DNA from: Synergistales bacterium
Lineage (GTDB): Bacteria > Synergistota > Synergistia > Synergistales > JAFGMB01
Length of the DNA: 64,000 nt
Assembly (NCBI GenBank): GCA_963666205.1
Contig: OY762654.1
Span: 2,560,001-2,624,000 of the forward strand
Reading direction: 5' to 3'
The position numbers and the translations under genes are program-made. The notes beneath the pieces are model-generated. The model was not told where the DNA came from. It ran no database searches and saw only the letters and a program-made list of their open reading frames with translations. Positions 1 through 8,932 of the stretch are shown piece by piece; the first letter of the stretch is position 1; each line of letters starts with the position of its first letter.

Positions 1-1
1 C

Positions 2-427
2 AAGGGATCAATGGCCTCCATGATCTATCATTGTTACAGACAACTCAAAGACAGGGGGGAGATTCTGCTTTTTGAAGGCACAGGTGGTTTCGCAGATGGA
101 GAACAGAAGAGAGACTTCATCTCTGTAGAGGATGTGGTGAAGGTCAACCTGTTTTTTGCATCCCAGCCTCTGGTAAAGGGTGTCTTTAACGTGGGGACAG
201 GAAAGAGCAGAAGTTTCAATGATATAGCAGAAAACTTGATATCGTTAATGGGTAAAGGACATGTTCGCTATATTCCCATACCTGATTCAATAAAAGGCCG
301 TTATCAGAGTTTCACGGAAGCTGATGTTGATTCTCTGCGAGGGCAGGGCTACAGGGATGAATTTTTAAGCCTTGAGGATGGCATCAAGAAATATTACCAT
401 TGCCTGGTGGAAAGGGAACGATCCTGA
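2..427 (+). CDS. hldD: ADP-L-glycero-D-manno-heptose 6-epimerase, C-terminal part (5' truncated by window)
   Basis: GEQKRDFISVEDV, FNVGTG and YQSFTEAD motifs; directly upstream of gmhA and hldE. Confidence 0.9.
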   Translation, partial: KGSMASMIYHCYRQLKDRGEILLFEGTGGFADGEQKRDFISVEDVVKVNLFFASQPLVKGVFNVGTGKSRSFNDIAENLISLMGKGHVRYIPIPDSIKGRYQSFTEADVDSLRGQGYRDEFLSLEDGIKKYYHCLVERERS

Positions 428-1053
428 TGTCGGAACAGGGCAATGTTTTTCCTGATGATATGATTTCAAGAGAAAAATGGATTACTGATACCATTTCCCG
501 GCATCTGCTGGTTATAGAACAGCTTAATCACATTGTTCCTGAAATTGAAAATATAGTGCAGAGAATAGTGGATTCCTTATTAAAGGGAGGCAAGGTGATC
601 TGGATGGGTAATGGCGGAAGTGCAGCAGACAGCCAGCATCTTGCAGCGGAACTTGTAGGAAGGTTCAAAAGGGATCGGCAGCCGATTCCATCACTTGCTT
701 TGACATCAAACATGTCTATCCTGACTGCTGTGGCCAATGATATGGGCTATGATTCGATCTTCTCACGCCAGATAGGTGCCCTTTGCAGCAACGGAGATAT
801 AGTGATAGGCATCTCCACAAGCGGGGAAAGTCCTAATGTTTTAGAGGGTATCAGGAAAGCATCATCCATGGGGGCCTGCTGCATAGGATTTACGGGAAAA
901 GATGGCGGTATCCTCAAAGACATTGTAGATGAGTGTATTCTCATCCCTTCCGATGATACTGCCCGCATACAGGAGGCCCACATTCTTGTAGGACATATCA
1001 TCTGTGATCTTGTAGAGGGGGAGATCAGCAGGGATCATGAAAGTTCAATTTAA
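427..1053 (+). CDS. gmhA: Phosphoheptose isomerase
   Basis: GNGGSAADSQH, ISTSGES and ARIQEAH motifs; ATG at 427 overlaps the upstream stop. Confidence 0.95.
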   Translation: MSEQGNVFPDDMISREKWITDTISRHLLVIEQLNHIVPEIENIVQRIVDSLLKGGKVIWMGNGGSAADSQHLAAELVGRFKRDRQPIPSLALTSNMSILTAVANDMGYDSIFSRQIGALCSNGDIVIGISTSGESPNVLEGIRKASSMGACCIGFTGKDGGILKDIVDECILIPSDDTARIQEAHILVGHIICDLVEGEISRDHESSI

Positions 1054-2524
1054 AGAACCGGATAAAGTCATAAGATCGGTGCGGTCCCTTTTTCAGGATA
1101 CAAGGATCTTAGTAGCTGGAGATATAATGCTGGACAGATATCTCTGGGGTAACGTGGAAAGAATATCCCCGGAAGCTCCGGTTCCTGTGGTTAAACTCTA
1201 CAGGAGATCGTACATGCCTGGAGGAGCTGCGAATGTAGCCCTGAACCTTTCTTCACTTGGTTTTCAGGTGGATCTGGCAGGTTTTGTCGGAAATGACCGG
1301 GAAGGCACTATCCTTATATCGGAATTGGTCAACAGGGGAGTCAATGTAGAGAATGTTATCAGTCTTTCAGAAAGGCCTACAATAACAAAAACAAGAGTGA
1401 TCGGCGGGCACCAGCAGATGGTCAGGGTAGATGAGGAGGATCTTTCTCCATATGATCATTCGCACATTCAAAAACTGATTACTGATCTGGAGTCCTGTAT
1501 GGAAAACAGACCTGGAGCGGTTATACTTTCAGACTACGGAAAAGGAGTAGTCATCCCAGATCTGAGTCAGGGGGTCATTTCCAGGTGTAGAAACTCCGGC
1601 ATCCCCGTCCTGGTGGATCCCAAGGGGGCAGACTTCAGTAAATACAAGGGTGCAAGTGCAATAACTCCGAACATGAAAGAGCTTTCTGGTGCAGTTACAG
1701 TCAGCCTGGACAGCATTGATCGCATAATAGATTCAGGCAATATTCTTATGAGGGAACTTGGTTTCGATTTTCTGGTTGTTACAAGAGGAGAAAAGGGAAT
1801 GATCCTTCTGGAGGAAAAAAGTTCCCTTGAAATACCTACCCAGGCGAAGGACGTCTTCGATGTTTCCGGTGCAGGAGATACCGTGATAGCTACCCTTGCA
1901 GGGGCTCTTGCCTGTGGGCTTTCCCGGGAGGATTCAGTACGTCTTTCTAACCTGGCTGCCGGTATCGTAGTAGGAAAAGTCGGTACTGCCCCTGTAGAAA
2001 AAGCAGAGCTTCTGGAAGCTCTCTCAAGGGAAGAAGAACTCCCATTGCAGGGAAAGATCTACCTTCACCTTTCCAGCCTTCTTTTGAAGATGGAAAGGTG
2101 GAGAGATGAGGGTAAAACAATAGCTTTTACAAATGGATGCTTCGACATCATCCACTCCGGTCACATAACGTATCTCGAAAGATCGGGGCAGGAATGTGAC
2201 CGTCTTATAGTAGGGGTTAATTCCGATGACTCGGTCAGGAGGTTGAAAGGATCAACCCGGCCTGTCAATTCCCAGGAAGACAGGATGTCTGTTCTGGCAG
2301 CTCTTTCCTGTGTCGATGCCGTGGTTCTTTTTGAAGAGGATACCCCCCTGGATCTTATAGAAGCCATCCGACCTGATGTTATCATAAAGGGGGACGATTA
2401 TACTGAAGAGCAGGTGATCGGTGCTACTCAGGTAAGATCCTGGGGCGGCCGCGTCGTACTGGTGCCGGTTCTTCATGGCAGAAGTACCACAGGGATTATC
2501 GAGAGGATCCGGAATGCTGAATGA
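1037..2524 (+). CDS. hldE: Bifunctional heptose 7-phosphate kinase / heptose 1-phosphate adenylyltransferase
   Basis: RISPEAPVPV, PfkB-type DVSGAGDT, C-terminal FTNGCFDIIHSGH domain. Confidence 0.95.
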   Translation: MKVQFKEPDKVIRSVRSLFQDTRILVAGDIMLDRYLWGNVERISPEAPVPVVKLYRRSYMPGGAANVALNLSSLGFQVDLAGFVGNDREGTILISELVNRGVNVENVISLSERPTITKTRVIGGHQQMVRVDEEDLSPYDHSHIQKLITDLESCMENRPGAVILSDYGKGVVIPDLSQGVISRCRNSGIPVLVDPKGADFSKYKGASAITPNMKELSGAVTVSLDSIDRIIDSGNILMRELGFDFLVVTRGEKGMILLEEKSSLEIPTQAKDVFDVSGAGDTVIATLAGALACGLSREDSVRLSNLAAGIVVGKVGTAPVEKAELLEALSREEELPLQGKIYLHLSSLLLKMERWRDEGKTIAFTNGCFDIIHSGHITYLERSGQECDRLIVGVNSDDSVRRLKGSTRPVNSQEDRMSVLAALSCVDAVVLFEEDTPLDLIEAIRPDVIIKGDDYTEEQVIGATQVRSWGGRVVLVPVLHGRSTTGIIERIRNAE

Positions 2525-2576
2525 ATTTATCTCTGAAAAACAGCATATCTTGTCCATTCATAATCAGAAAGCATAA

Positions 2577-3641
2577 ATGCCTTTTTTAATACTTAACCAT
2601 AATTTCTCTACTGGAGTTTCCAGTCAGTTCAAAGATACTATCCGGACCTATCTTGAAAAGGAGGGCTATTCTCCTGCGGCCTTCTCTGGTTGTGAAGGGA
2701 TAACACCTCATAGGCTTGAGAAAATACCCCTTCTTTCGACATCTGGATTCTGTGATGAGGATGAGTATATTCTTTTTGACAGCAGGAGCATTTTTGATAT
2801 TGATCTGGATCTTTTTATAACAACCTGCCGTGTCCTTGAAGGAGAATTTGTATCAGCCCTAAGGTATACAGATGAGATCAAGGAAAAAGTATTATATGGA
2901 GTGGATGATAGATTCTCCCTTTACAGAATAGATTTTAACAGAGACCAGTATATTGATGGATACGAAGCTGGAGGTATATATTACTTCAAGGGTCAATTAT
3001 GGGACCGCTTTTTAACCTCTATTGATGCTTCGGGAGGTCCCAATATTATTTTAGACCCTGTACGGACTTTTGAGGATATTCCGTTTTCCCGGAGAATTAT
3101 CAGAGGGTTACCCATGGGGGGGCATTACCGGACTGCTATACAGCATGCTCAGGTAACATCAGGATCCTCAAAGGGCCGATCCGAAGAGAAGAGGGTTCCG
3201 GCTCTGTTCCTTGACAGGGACGGGGTGATCATCGAGGATACGGGATATGTACATGGGACTGAACTGAAGTTCATCGAACGGATATTTCCCCTGATCGAAA
3301 GGGCCAATAAGCATGGGGACCCTGTAATAGTTGTTACGAACCAGTCCGGAGTGGCAAGGGGATATTTTACCGAGACAGATGTGGCGGATACCCATTCCTT
3401 TATCAGGAAATACCTGGATGCCATTGGTCTGAGGATCGATGGATTCTATTGCTGTCCATTCCATCCTGAAGGAATTGGAGAATATAGTGGGAAGAGATCA
3501 TTCTGCCGGAAGCCTGAGCCTGGCATGATCCTAAGGGCCTGTGAAGATTTCAGCATAGATCTTTCAAGGTCTTTAATGGTGGGAGACATGGAGAGGGACA
3601 GGATAAAACTGCCTTACCTCGATTTTCGTATCTTTGGCTGA
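2577..3641 (+). CDS. gmhB: Heptose 1,7-bisphosphate phosphatase with N-terminal degenerate nucleotidyltransferase-like domain
   Basis: C-terminal FLDRDGVI, VTNQSG, CPFHP and CRKPEPGM motifs; extra N-terminal region of about 200 aa. Confidence 0.85.
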   Translation: MPFLILNHNFSTGVSSQFKDTIRTYLEKEGYSPAAFSGCEGITPHRLEKIPLLSTSGFCDEDEYILFDSRSIFDIDLDLFITTCRVLEGEFVSALRYTDEIKEKVLYGVDDRFSLYRIDFNRDQYIDGYEAGGIYYFKGQLWDRFLTSIDASGGPNIILDPVRTFEDIPFSRRIIRGLPMGGHYRTAIQHAQVTSGSSKGRSEEKRVPALFLDRDGVIIEDTGYVHGTELKFIERIFPLIERANKHGDPVIVVTNQSGVARGYFTETDVADTHSFIRKYLDAIGLRIDGFYCCPFHPEGIGEYSGKRSFCRKPEPGMILRACEDFSIDLSRSLMVGDMERDRIKLPYLDFRIFG

Positions 3642-3809
3642 GGCTGGATATCAAACTGTATCCTCATAAATAATCCGGGTAATATCAAGGTCAGAGAGTA
3701 CAAATGGGTCTGAAGCCCTATTGAATTGTGCACTTTCTCGGGATAACATAGCCATGGTTTATATTTTTCTGATCCTTGACAGTTTAACTTGGTTAAATTG
3801 CTTTTTACA

Positions 3810-4009
3810 TCCGTGAAGAGACCTGAAGGCAGGAAAGGAGGTGCCGACGACCCCCAGCCAACAAGGAAGAGCGGATGTTGAAGACGGACCGATATCACCA
3901 TAAGGAGAGGGATGGAATTTCAAAGGAAACGAGGAAACTTTGGAAAACCCCCGATCCAGGCAGATAAAGGCCGTATAAATACAGACAACCAAGGGGGTTG
4001 CATTTAATA
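3810..4009 (+). promoter_or_regulatory. Structured GGA-rich leader (or sRNA) upstream of the porin gene
   Basis: Four short hairpins with GGA-rich loops; AACCCCC (3946-3952) is complementary to the RBS region GGGGGTT (3993-3999). Confidence 0.55.
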
Positions 4010-5431
4010 ATGAAGAAATTTCTTGCACTTGTAGCAGTAGTCGCACTTGTAGCATTTGCCGCTCCGGCATTTGCAGCTAATCCTTTCATGGATGTTCCCA
4101 TGAACAGCTGGGCTTATGACGCAATCAGCCAGCTTTCCGCAGTAGGCGTAGTTTCCGGTTATCCCGATGGTACCTTCAAGGGCAACCAGCCCATGACCCG
4201 CTACGAGATGGCTTCCATCGTAGCTCGCGCTCTGGCCGTGGTAGACATGAACAAGGCCAGCAAACAGGATGTTGAGATGCTCAAGAAACTCGTTGTAGAG
4301 TTCAAGGACGAGCTTGATGCACTTGGCGTACAGGTTGACGAGCTTGACAGCCGCGTAGCAGTTCTCGAAGAGAACCTGGGCGGATGGAAGTTCTGGGGCG
4401 AGTTCCGTCTTGATGCGAAGTTTGCAGACGAGACCGATGGAGCTTACGGAGTAGGTGGAGACACCGATTTCACCCAGAGCCGTTACCGTATCTGGATGAG
4501 CAAGGTAATCGATGACAAAGTCAAGTTTATCGGCCGTGTAACAGGTCAGAGTCTTGCTTTCAGCCGTTACTACCTCGAAGTTGCCATGCCCATGGATATG
4601 ACCATGTGGGCAGGTCTGTGGTGCTATGACTGGGAAGGCGCCAATGGATTCTACAATGACAACGATGCATGGTTCGGCGATCAGGCCCTTCAGGGTTTCT
4701 ACTTCACAAAACCCTTCTCCATGGGTAATTTCTCCTTCTACGTTGCTCATAACGAAGGTGACTCTACTGATGAGTACTTCCGCTATGGCCTTGACGTAAA
4801 CTTCAACGTAGCCGAGAACTTCCGTGTCGGTATGGGTGCTCTTATGTTCGACTATGATTTCACCGATGATGGCGGCAGTGTTTACAACGTCAACTTCGGT
4901 TTCAACTTCACCGATGACATCGCCTTCAAGGGTATCTACTACATGGAAGATCAGGATGCTCCTATCGGAAACGACGACACTCCCAGCGCTTTCAGGGCAA
5001 TTGTTGACGTAAGCCAGAACGCTTTTGGCTTCACCAGTGTATGGCTTGAGTACGCTTCCGCTGATGAGGATTTCTACCTCTTTGATTTCTCCGGTTGCGA
5101 TGCTGATGGTATTGGACCCTATGACAACTACGGTGCTCCTATCACTCCTGGGCTTTCTAAAGAAGCAGACGGTGTCGAGACTGATATCCTCTTCGTGAAA
5201 CTGAACCAGAAATGGACCGACAAGTGGAGCACATTCCAGCGCTATGTTGATGTAAGCCATGATGACGGTTCTTCTGACGACCTTGATGTTACCAACTTCA
5301 CCTTTGGAGTTAAGTACTACTATACCTCCAACCTCAGCTTCGAGCTTGTTTATGACGATGTTGACTACGGTGATGACCTTCCTCTTAACGACGACAGCCT
5401 TGTCAGACTTCGTACCCACGTTTCTTTCTAG
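4010..5431 (+). CDS. SLH-domain outer-membrane porin (OmpM-like)
   Basis: Signal peptide, SLH domain (FMDVP...WAY...GYPDGTFKG...TRYE), coiled coil, aromatic-rich beta-barrel ending in Phe; biased codon use. Confidence 0.9.
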   Translation: MKKFLALVAVVALVAFAAPAFAANPFMDVPMNSWAYDAISQLSAVGVVSGYPDGTFKGNQPMTRYEMASIVARALAVVDMNKASKQDVEMLKKLVVEFKDELDALGVQVDELDSRVAVLEENLGGWKFWGEFRLDAKFADETDGAYGVGGDTDFTQSRYRIWMSKVIDDKVKFIGRVTGQSLAFSRYYLEVAMPMDMTMWAGLWCYDWEGANGFYNDNDAWFGDQALQGFYFTKPFSMGNFSFYVAHNEGDSTDEYFRYGLDVNFNVAENFRVGMGALMFDYDFTDDGGSVYNVNFGFNFTDDIAFKGIYYMEDQDAPIGNDDTPSAFRAIVDVSQNAFGFTSVWLEYASADEDFYLFDFSGCDADGIGPYDNYGAPITPGLSKEADGVETDILFVKLNQKWTDKWSTFQRYVDVSHDDGSSDDLDVTNFTFGVKYYYTSNLSFELVYDDVDYGDDLPLNDDSLVRLRTHVSF

Positions 5432-5463
5432 TTTAAGCTGAACCATATTTAACGCACCTTACC

Positions 5464-5500
5464 AAAGGGGCGGAGGGATTTATCCCTTCGCCCCTTTTTT
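5464..5500 (+). terminator. Intrinsic terminator
   Basis: AAAGGGGCGGAGGGAT/ATCCCTTCGCCCCTTT stem followed by a T tract. Confidence 0.9.
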
Positions 5501-5568
5501 ATTTATCCCATCCTGATGTATAATTCATGCCAGTGTTTGATAAAAAGAATATCAGGAGGCTCGGCTAA

Positions 5569-6324
5569 ATGAAGAGAAATAGAATTGCAGCATTACTCAT
5601 CTCCGCCCTTTGGGTCACGTTCTTTGCCATATCGGCAAATGCAGGTACTGAAGATATCCTGAACCGCTGGTCCAAGTCCAGACATTTCGAGAATGATCTT
5701 GGAAGCGAACTGGATATTACCGTTACCTATTACTCAAGTGAGTATATTGAAGCCCTTGTACAGAATGAAGCGGAAAAAAACCTCTGGACTGCAGATGAAG
5801 CTGAGAACTACAAGTATGAACTGCTGAAAGGACTTCAGCTGGATGAGTATGTACCAGTACATCTCGAATTTGACAGTAAAGGTCCGGCCATGCACATGGC
5901 CCCCTTCGACAGACAGATAGTGATCTGGATGGGAAATAAAAAATACACCCCTGTGGATTATGACAAGCGTTTCAATTTCAAGCTCATGGGTAAAAGGGAT
6001 GGTCTTGTCTATTTCCCCAGATTCGATGAAAAGAGCGGAAAATCTCTGCTTGAGAATGCAAAACGGGTAAAGGTAAGTATTTCGGGGAGTATAAGTTCTA
6101 CAACGGAAGGGATCGCCACTGTGGATTTCTCGTGGGATGTGGATAATGATGATCCAGCCAGGCTTTTGAAGGGTAAGGCAGCTGCCCAGCTCGAGATGGA
6201 CCGTCTTATCAAGCGGATAGAAAAGCTGAGTGGAGAGAAGTCTGTCCTTGAAGCCCAGCTTGCCGAGATCCAGGCGGAACTTGACAGGATCAACCAGAGG
6301 ATAGAAGAACTTAGAAAACAGTAG
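5569..6324 (+). CDS. Secreted hypothetical protein with C-terminal coiled coil; paralogue of 16363..17391
   Basis: AGGAGG RBS, signal peptide, heptad-rich C-terminus. Confidence 0.85.
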   Translation: MKRNRIAALLISALWVTFFAISANAGTEDILNRWSKSRHFENDLGSELDITVTYYSSEYIEALVQNEAEKNLWTADEAENYKYELLKGLQLDEYVPVHLEFDSKGPAMHMAPFDRQIVIWMGNKKYTPVDYDKRFNFKLMGKRDGLVYFPRFDEKSGKSLLENAKRVKVSISGSISSTTEGIATVDFSWDVDNDDPARLLKGKAAAQLEMDRLIKRIEKLSGEKSVLEAQLAEIQAELDRINQRIEELRKQ

Positions 6325-6345
6325 TTTCTTAGGAACCTGAAAATC

Positions 6346-6373
6346 AGGGCGGCACTGGTTGTCGCCCTTTTTT
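6346..6373 (+). terminator. Intrinsic terminator
   Basis: AGGGCGGCA/TGTCGCCCT stem followed by a T tract. Confidence 0.75.
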
Positions 6374-6405
6374 AGTCACCTTTAGTCCGAAGGGGGACTT
6401 GAATA

Positions 6406-7365
6406 ATGAAACGAATTGCAGTTCTTACGAGCGGGGGAGATGCTCCCGGCATGAACGCTGCTATCAGATCCGTTGTCAGAACGGGTCTTTACCATGGTCT
6501 TGAAGTACTGGGAGTACGCCACGGTTATAAGGGACTCATGGAGGGAGACTTTATTCCGCTGGATTCCAGATCAGTTGCCGGAATAATCCACAGGGGAGGT
6601 ACAATCCTTTACACAGCCCGGAGCGAAAGATTCAAGACCGTTGAGGGCATTGACGCCGCTCTCGATCAGTTAAGATCCGGCTCTGTGGATGGTCTTGTGG
6701 TAATTGGCGGGGATGGTTCCTATCGAGGCGCATTGAAGCTTGCGGAAAAAGGATTTCCCGTTATTGGTATTCCCGGTACCATAGATAACGATATTGCCGG
6801 TACTGATGAGACCATAGGCTATGACAGTGCCCTTAACACAGCCCTGGACTCGATCCGTAAACTTAGGGATACTGCAAGCAGCCATGACCGTCTTTTTATT
6901 GTTGAGGTCATGGGTAGGGAATCGGGATTCCTGGCCCTTGAAGTGGCATTGGCCAGCGGAGCTGAATGTGTGGTCCTTCCGGAAACGCAGTTCGACGAAT
7001 GTATGATCTGTGACCAGATCCACAGAGCCTGGGACAGGAAAAAAGACCATTTTTTCATCATCCTTGCCGAAGGTGTTATGGGAGCACATGAGCTGAAGGC
7101 CAGGCTGGAGGATACTGCAGGTTATACTGCCCGGTTCACTGTCCTTGGATATCTTCTAAGGGGAGGTAGCCCTACCTGTTATGATACCAACCTTGCAACC
7201 CGTATGGGGTCTTACTCGGTTGAGATGCTTCTTGGTGGGCATGAAGGAGTGATGATAGGTTGTGTAGATCACAAGATGATGATAAATCCCCTCGCTCTTG
7301 CCTGGGAACAGAAGAAACAGCTGAATTTCGATCTCCTGGAACTGATGAGGATAATGAACGTGTGA
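6406..7365 (+). CDS. pfkA: ATP-dependent 6-phosphofructokinase
   Basis: TSGGDAPGMN, GGDGS, PGTIDND and EVMGR motifs. Confidence 0.95.
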   Translation: MKRIAVLTSGGDAPGMNAAIRSVVRTGLYHGLEVLGVRHGYKGLMEGDFIPLDSRSVAGIIHRGGTILYTARSERFKTVEGIDAALDQLRSGSVDGLVVIGGDGSYRGALKLAEKGFPVIGIPGTIDNDIAGTDETIGYDSALNTALDSIRKLRDTASSHDRLFIVEVMGRESGFLALEVALASGAECVVLPETQFDECMICDQIHRAWDRKKDHFFIILAEGVMGAHELKARLEDTAGYTARFTVLGYLLRGGSPTCYDTNLATRMGSYSVEMLLGGHEGVMIGCVDHKMMINPLALAWEQKKQLNFDLLELMRIMNV

Positions 7366-8210
7366 GAAGTGCTTTTTCACGGATATCCGAACTCGTCTCC
7401 TGCGACAGGTCCGGGCGGGTAGTTTCAGTGTTGAACCGGCCAACCTTCTGGAAAAGGGCAGTGGAAAAGCTGAAACCTTCCAGAAGGGTTGCAATCGTTA
7501 CCGGCTTTATGGTTCCGGATACAAATAGCCCTGAAACAGATGGGCCTCCCGGTGCCGTTATACTGGGAAGGGCTATCCTGAGATCCGGGAGAGAATGTAC
7601 TATATTTACAGATCCACTATGTTATGAGGCAGTTTCCCTATGTTCTGACTCTGTAAAAGGGCCACTGGTTACAAGTGTTACAAGTTCTGCAGGGATATCA
7701 GAATGGCTTCCAGATATGGTGATCTTTATCGAAAGACTGGGGCGGGCAGGTGATGGTCGTTACTACAACATGAGATGCAGGGATATCACTGAGTATACCC
7801 TTCCCCTTGACGAAATACTTCTTCCTCCTGAAAAAGAAAAGTTTTCGACTATTGCCATTGGAGATGGCGGAAACGAGGCGGGCCTTGGTTTACTGAAAGA
7901 TAGAATCGTAGAACTTATACCGGAGTTTGCGAACTGTGTCAGTGTAACTGAAGCGGACATCGCTCTTCCCGTCGATGTCTCAAACTGGGGAGCCTATGCT
8001 CTTGCAGTTCTTCTTTCCATCAGTGAATCCATGTGGCTGGGTCATTCTCTGCCAGAGGAGGAGTTAATGCTCAGTTCCCTGATAAAATGCGGAGCAGTGG
8101 ACGGCGTTACGAAACGAGCCTCTCTCTCTGTAGATGGGTTTTCCCTTGAGTATGAGGAAGAAATACTCTCTTCTCTGAAAAATGTCTACTACGATTCCAT
8201 CTCGAAATAA
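7362..8210 (+). CDS. DUF4392 / D-glutamate cyclase-like domain protein
   Basis: ETDGPPG, IERLGR, IGDGGNEAG, VSNWG and GAVDG motifs; GTGA overlap with the pfkA stop. Confidence 0.8.
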   Translation: MRSAFSRISELVSCDRSGRVVSVLNRPTFWKRAVEKLKPSRRVAIVTGFMVPDTNSPETDGPPGAVILGRAILRSGRECTIFTDPLCYEAVSLCSDSVKGPLVTSVTSSAGISEWLPDMVIFIERLGRAGDGRYYNMRCRDITEYTLPLDEILLPPEKEKFSTIAIGDGGNEAGLGLLKDRIVELIPEFANCVSVTEADIALPVDVSNWGAYALAVLLSISESMWLGHSLPEEELMLSSLIKCGAVDGVTKRASLSVDGFSLEYEEEILSSLKNVYYDSISK

Positions 8211-8218
8211 GACCGTTT

Positions 8219-8734
8219 TTACTGTAGTTTACCCGAACCATTCCCCTGATTAGCGACAGAAGGGTTTATCCTTTTTCTCAAAACAGGGACAAGCACCAGG
8301 GCGAGGGCTGCTCCCATACCGGTCTGTATCAGATCAGTAACAAGTTCCACTGGCGCAGCTTTCCACCCATACAGGATCCCCGCCATTGTAGAATAACCGC
8401 ACATCATTACAAGGGCACCTGCCATTATGGCTTTTTTATGTCCCCTACCTCTTAACTTGCCGACGATATACCCTTCAAATCCTTTTATAATAAGTGTAAA
8501 TGGGGCCCATAACGGGTATCCTAGGATTATATCTCCAAGTCCGGCTCCCAATCCAGCACATATGCCTCCAAAACCTGGACCAAGAGTAAGAGCTATGGTG
8601 TAAATTATGCCTTCTCCCAGGTTGAAATAAAGCCTGAAACCAGGAACGGGCATGCTCAACATCGTGGCTACAGTTACGGAAGCGGATAACAGGGCGCCAA
8701 GGGCTATGTTTTTTGCAGAAAGTTCTCTGTTCAC
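8219..8734 (-). CDS. ECF transporter S component (HmpT/PdxU-like group)
   Basis: Hydrophobic 171 aa; YFNLGE...GDIILGYPLWAPFTLIIKG pattern. Confidence 0.8.
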   Translation of the reverse strand: MNRELSAKNIALGALLSASVTVATMLSMPVPGFRLYFNLGEGIIYTIALTLGPGFGGICAGLGAGLGDIILGYPLWAPFTLIIKGFEGYIVGKLRGRGHKKAIMAGALVMMCGYSTMAGILYGWKAAPVELVTDLIQTGMGAALALVLVPVLRKRINPSVANQGNGSGKLQ

Positions 8735-8932
8735 GAAATATCTCTCTCCTTTGATGTTATCTCAACGCATTTTTATGATATTATGTATCTTAAGTTGCAA
8801 ATTGCAGATCTATCCTATCCTTCTTCTGGATTAATGTTAATATCCAGAAATGGTTCCCCTGCATGTAAATTTGGTCGTATTTCACGGAACGTCAGCTTTT
8901 GTACTTGTCTTTTTCAGGGAGCGATAGGTATA

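Noticed and set aside
3639-3713. Possible UGA readthrough at the end of gmhB
   Set aside because: The UGA is not at a Cys-equivalent site, no SECIS-like hairpin is evident, and the extension has no recognisable motif.
3810-4000. RNase P, SRP, 6S, tmRNA or T-box identity for the porin leader
   Set aside because: Signature sequences such as GAGGAAAGUCC, the SRP loop and the T-box GGUGGNACC are absent; an Rfam scan is still advisable.
4004-5446. 480-aa antisense ORF spanning the porin gene
   Set aside because: It mirrors the porin codon for codon; biased codon use in a highly expressed gene removes antisense stops. The translation has no recognisable motifs.
7129-7170. PfkA LGYLLRGG instead of LGHIQRGG
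   Set aside because: Tyr at this site is common in Pfk families, and the other catalytic motifs are intact.
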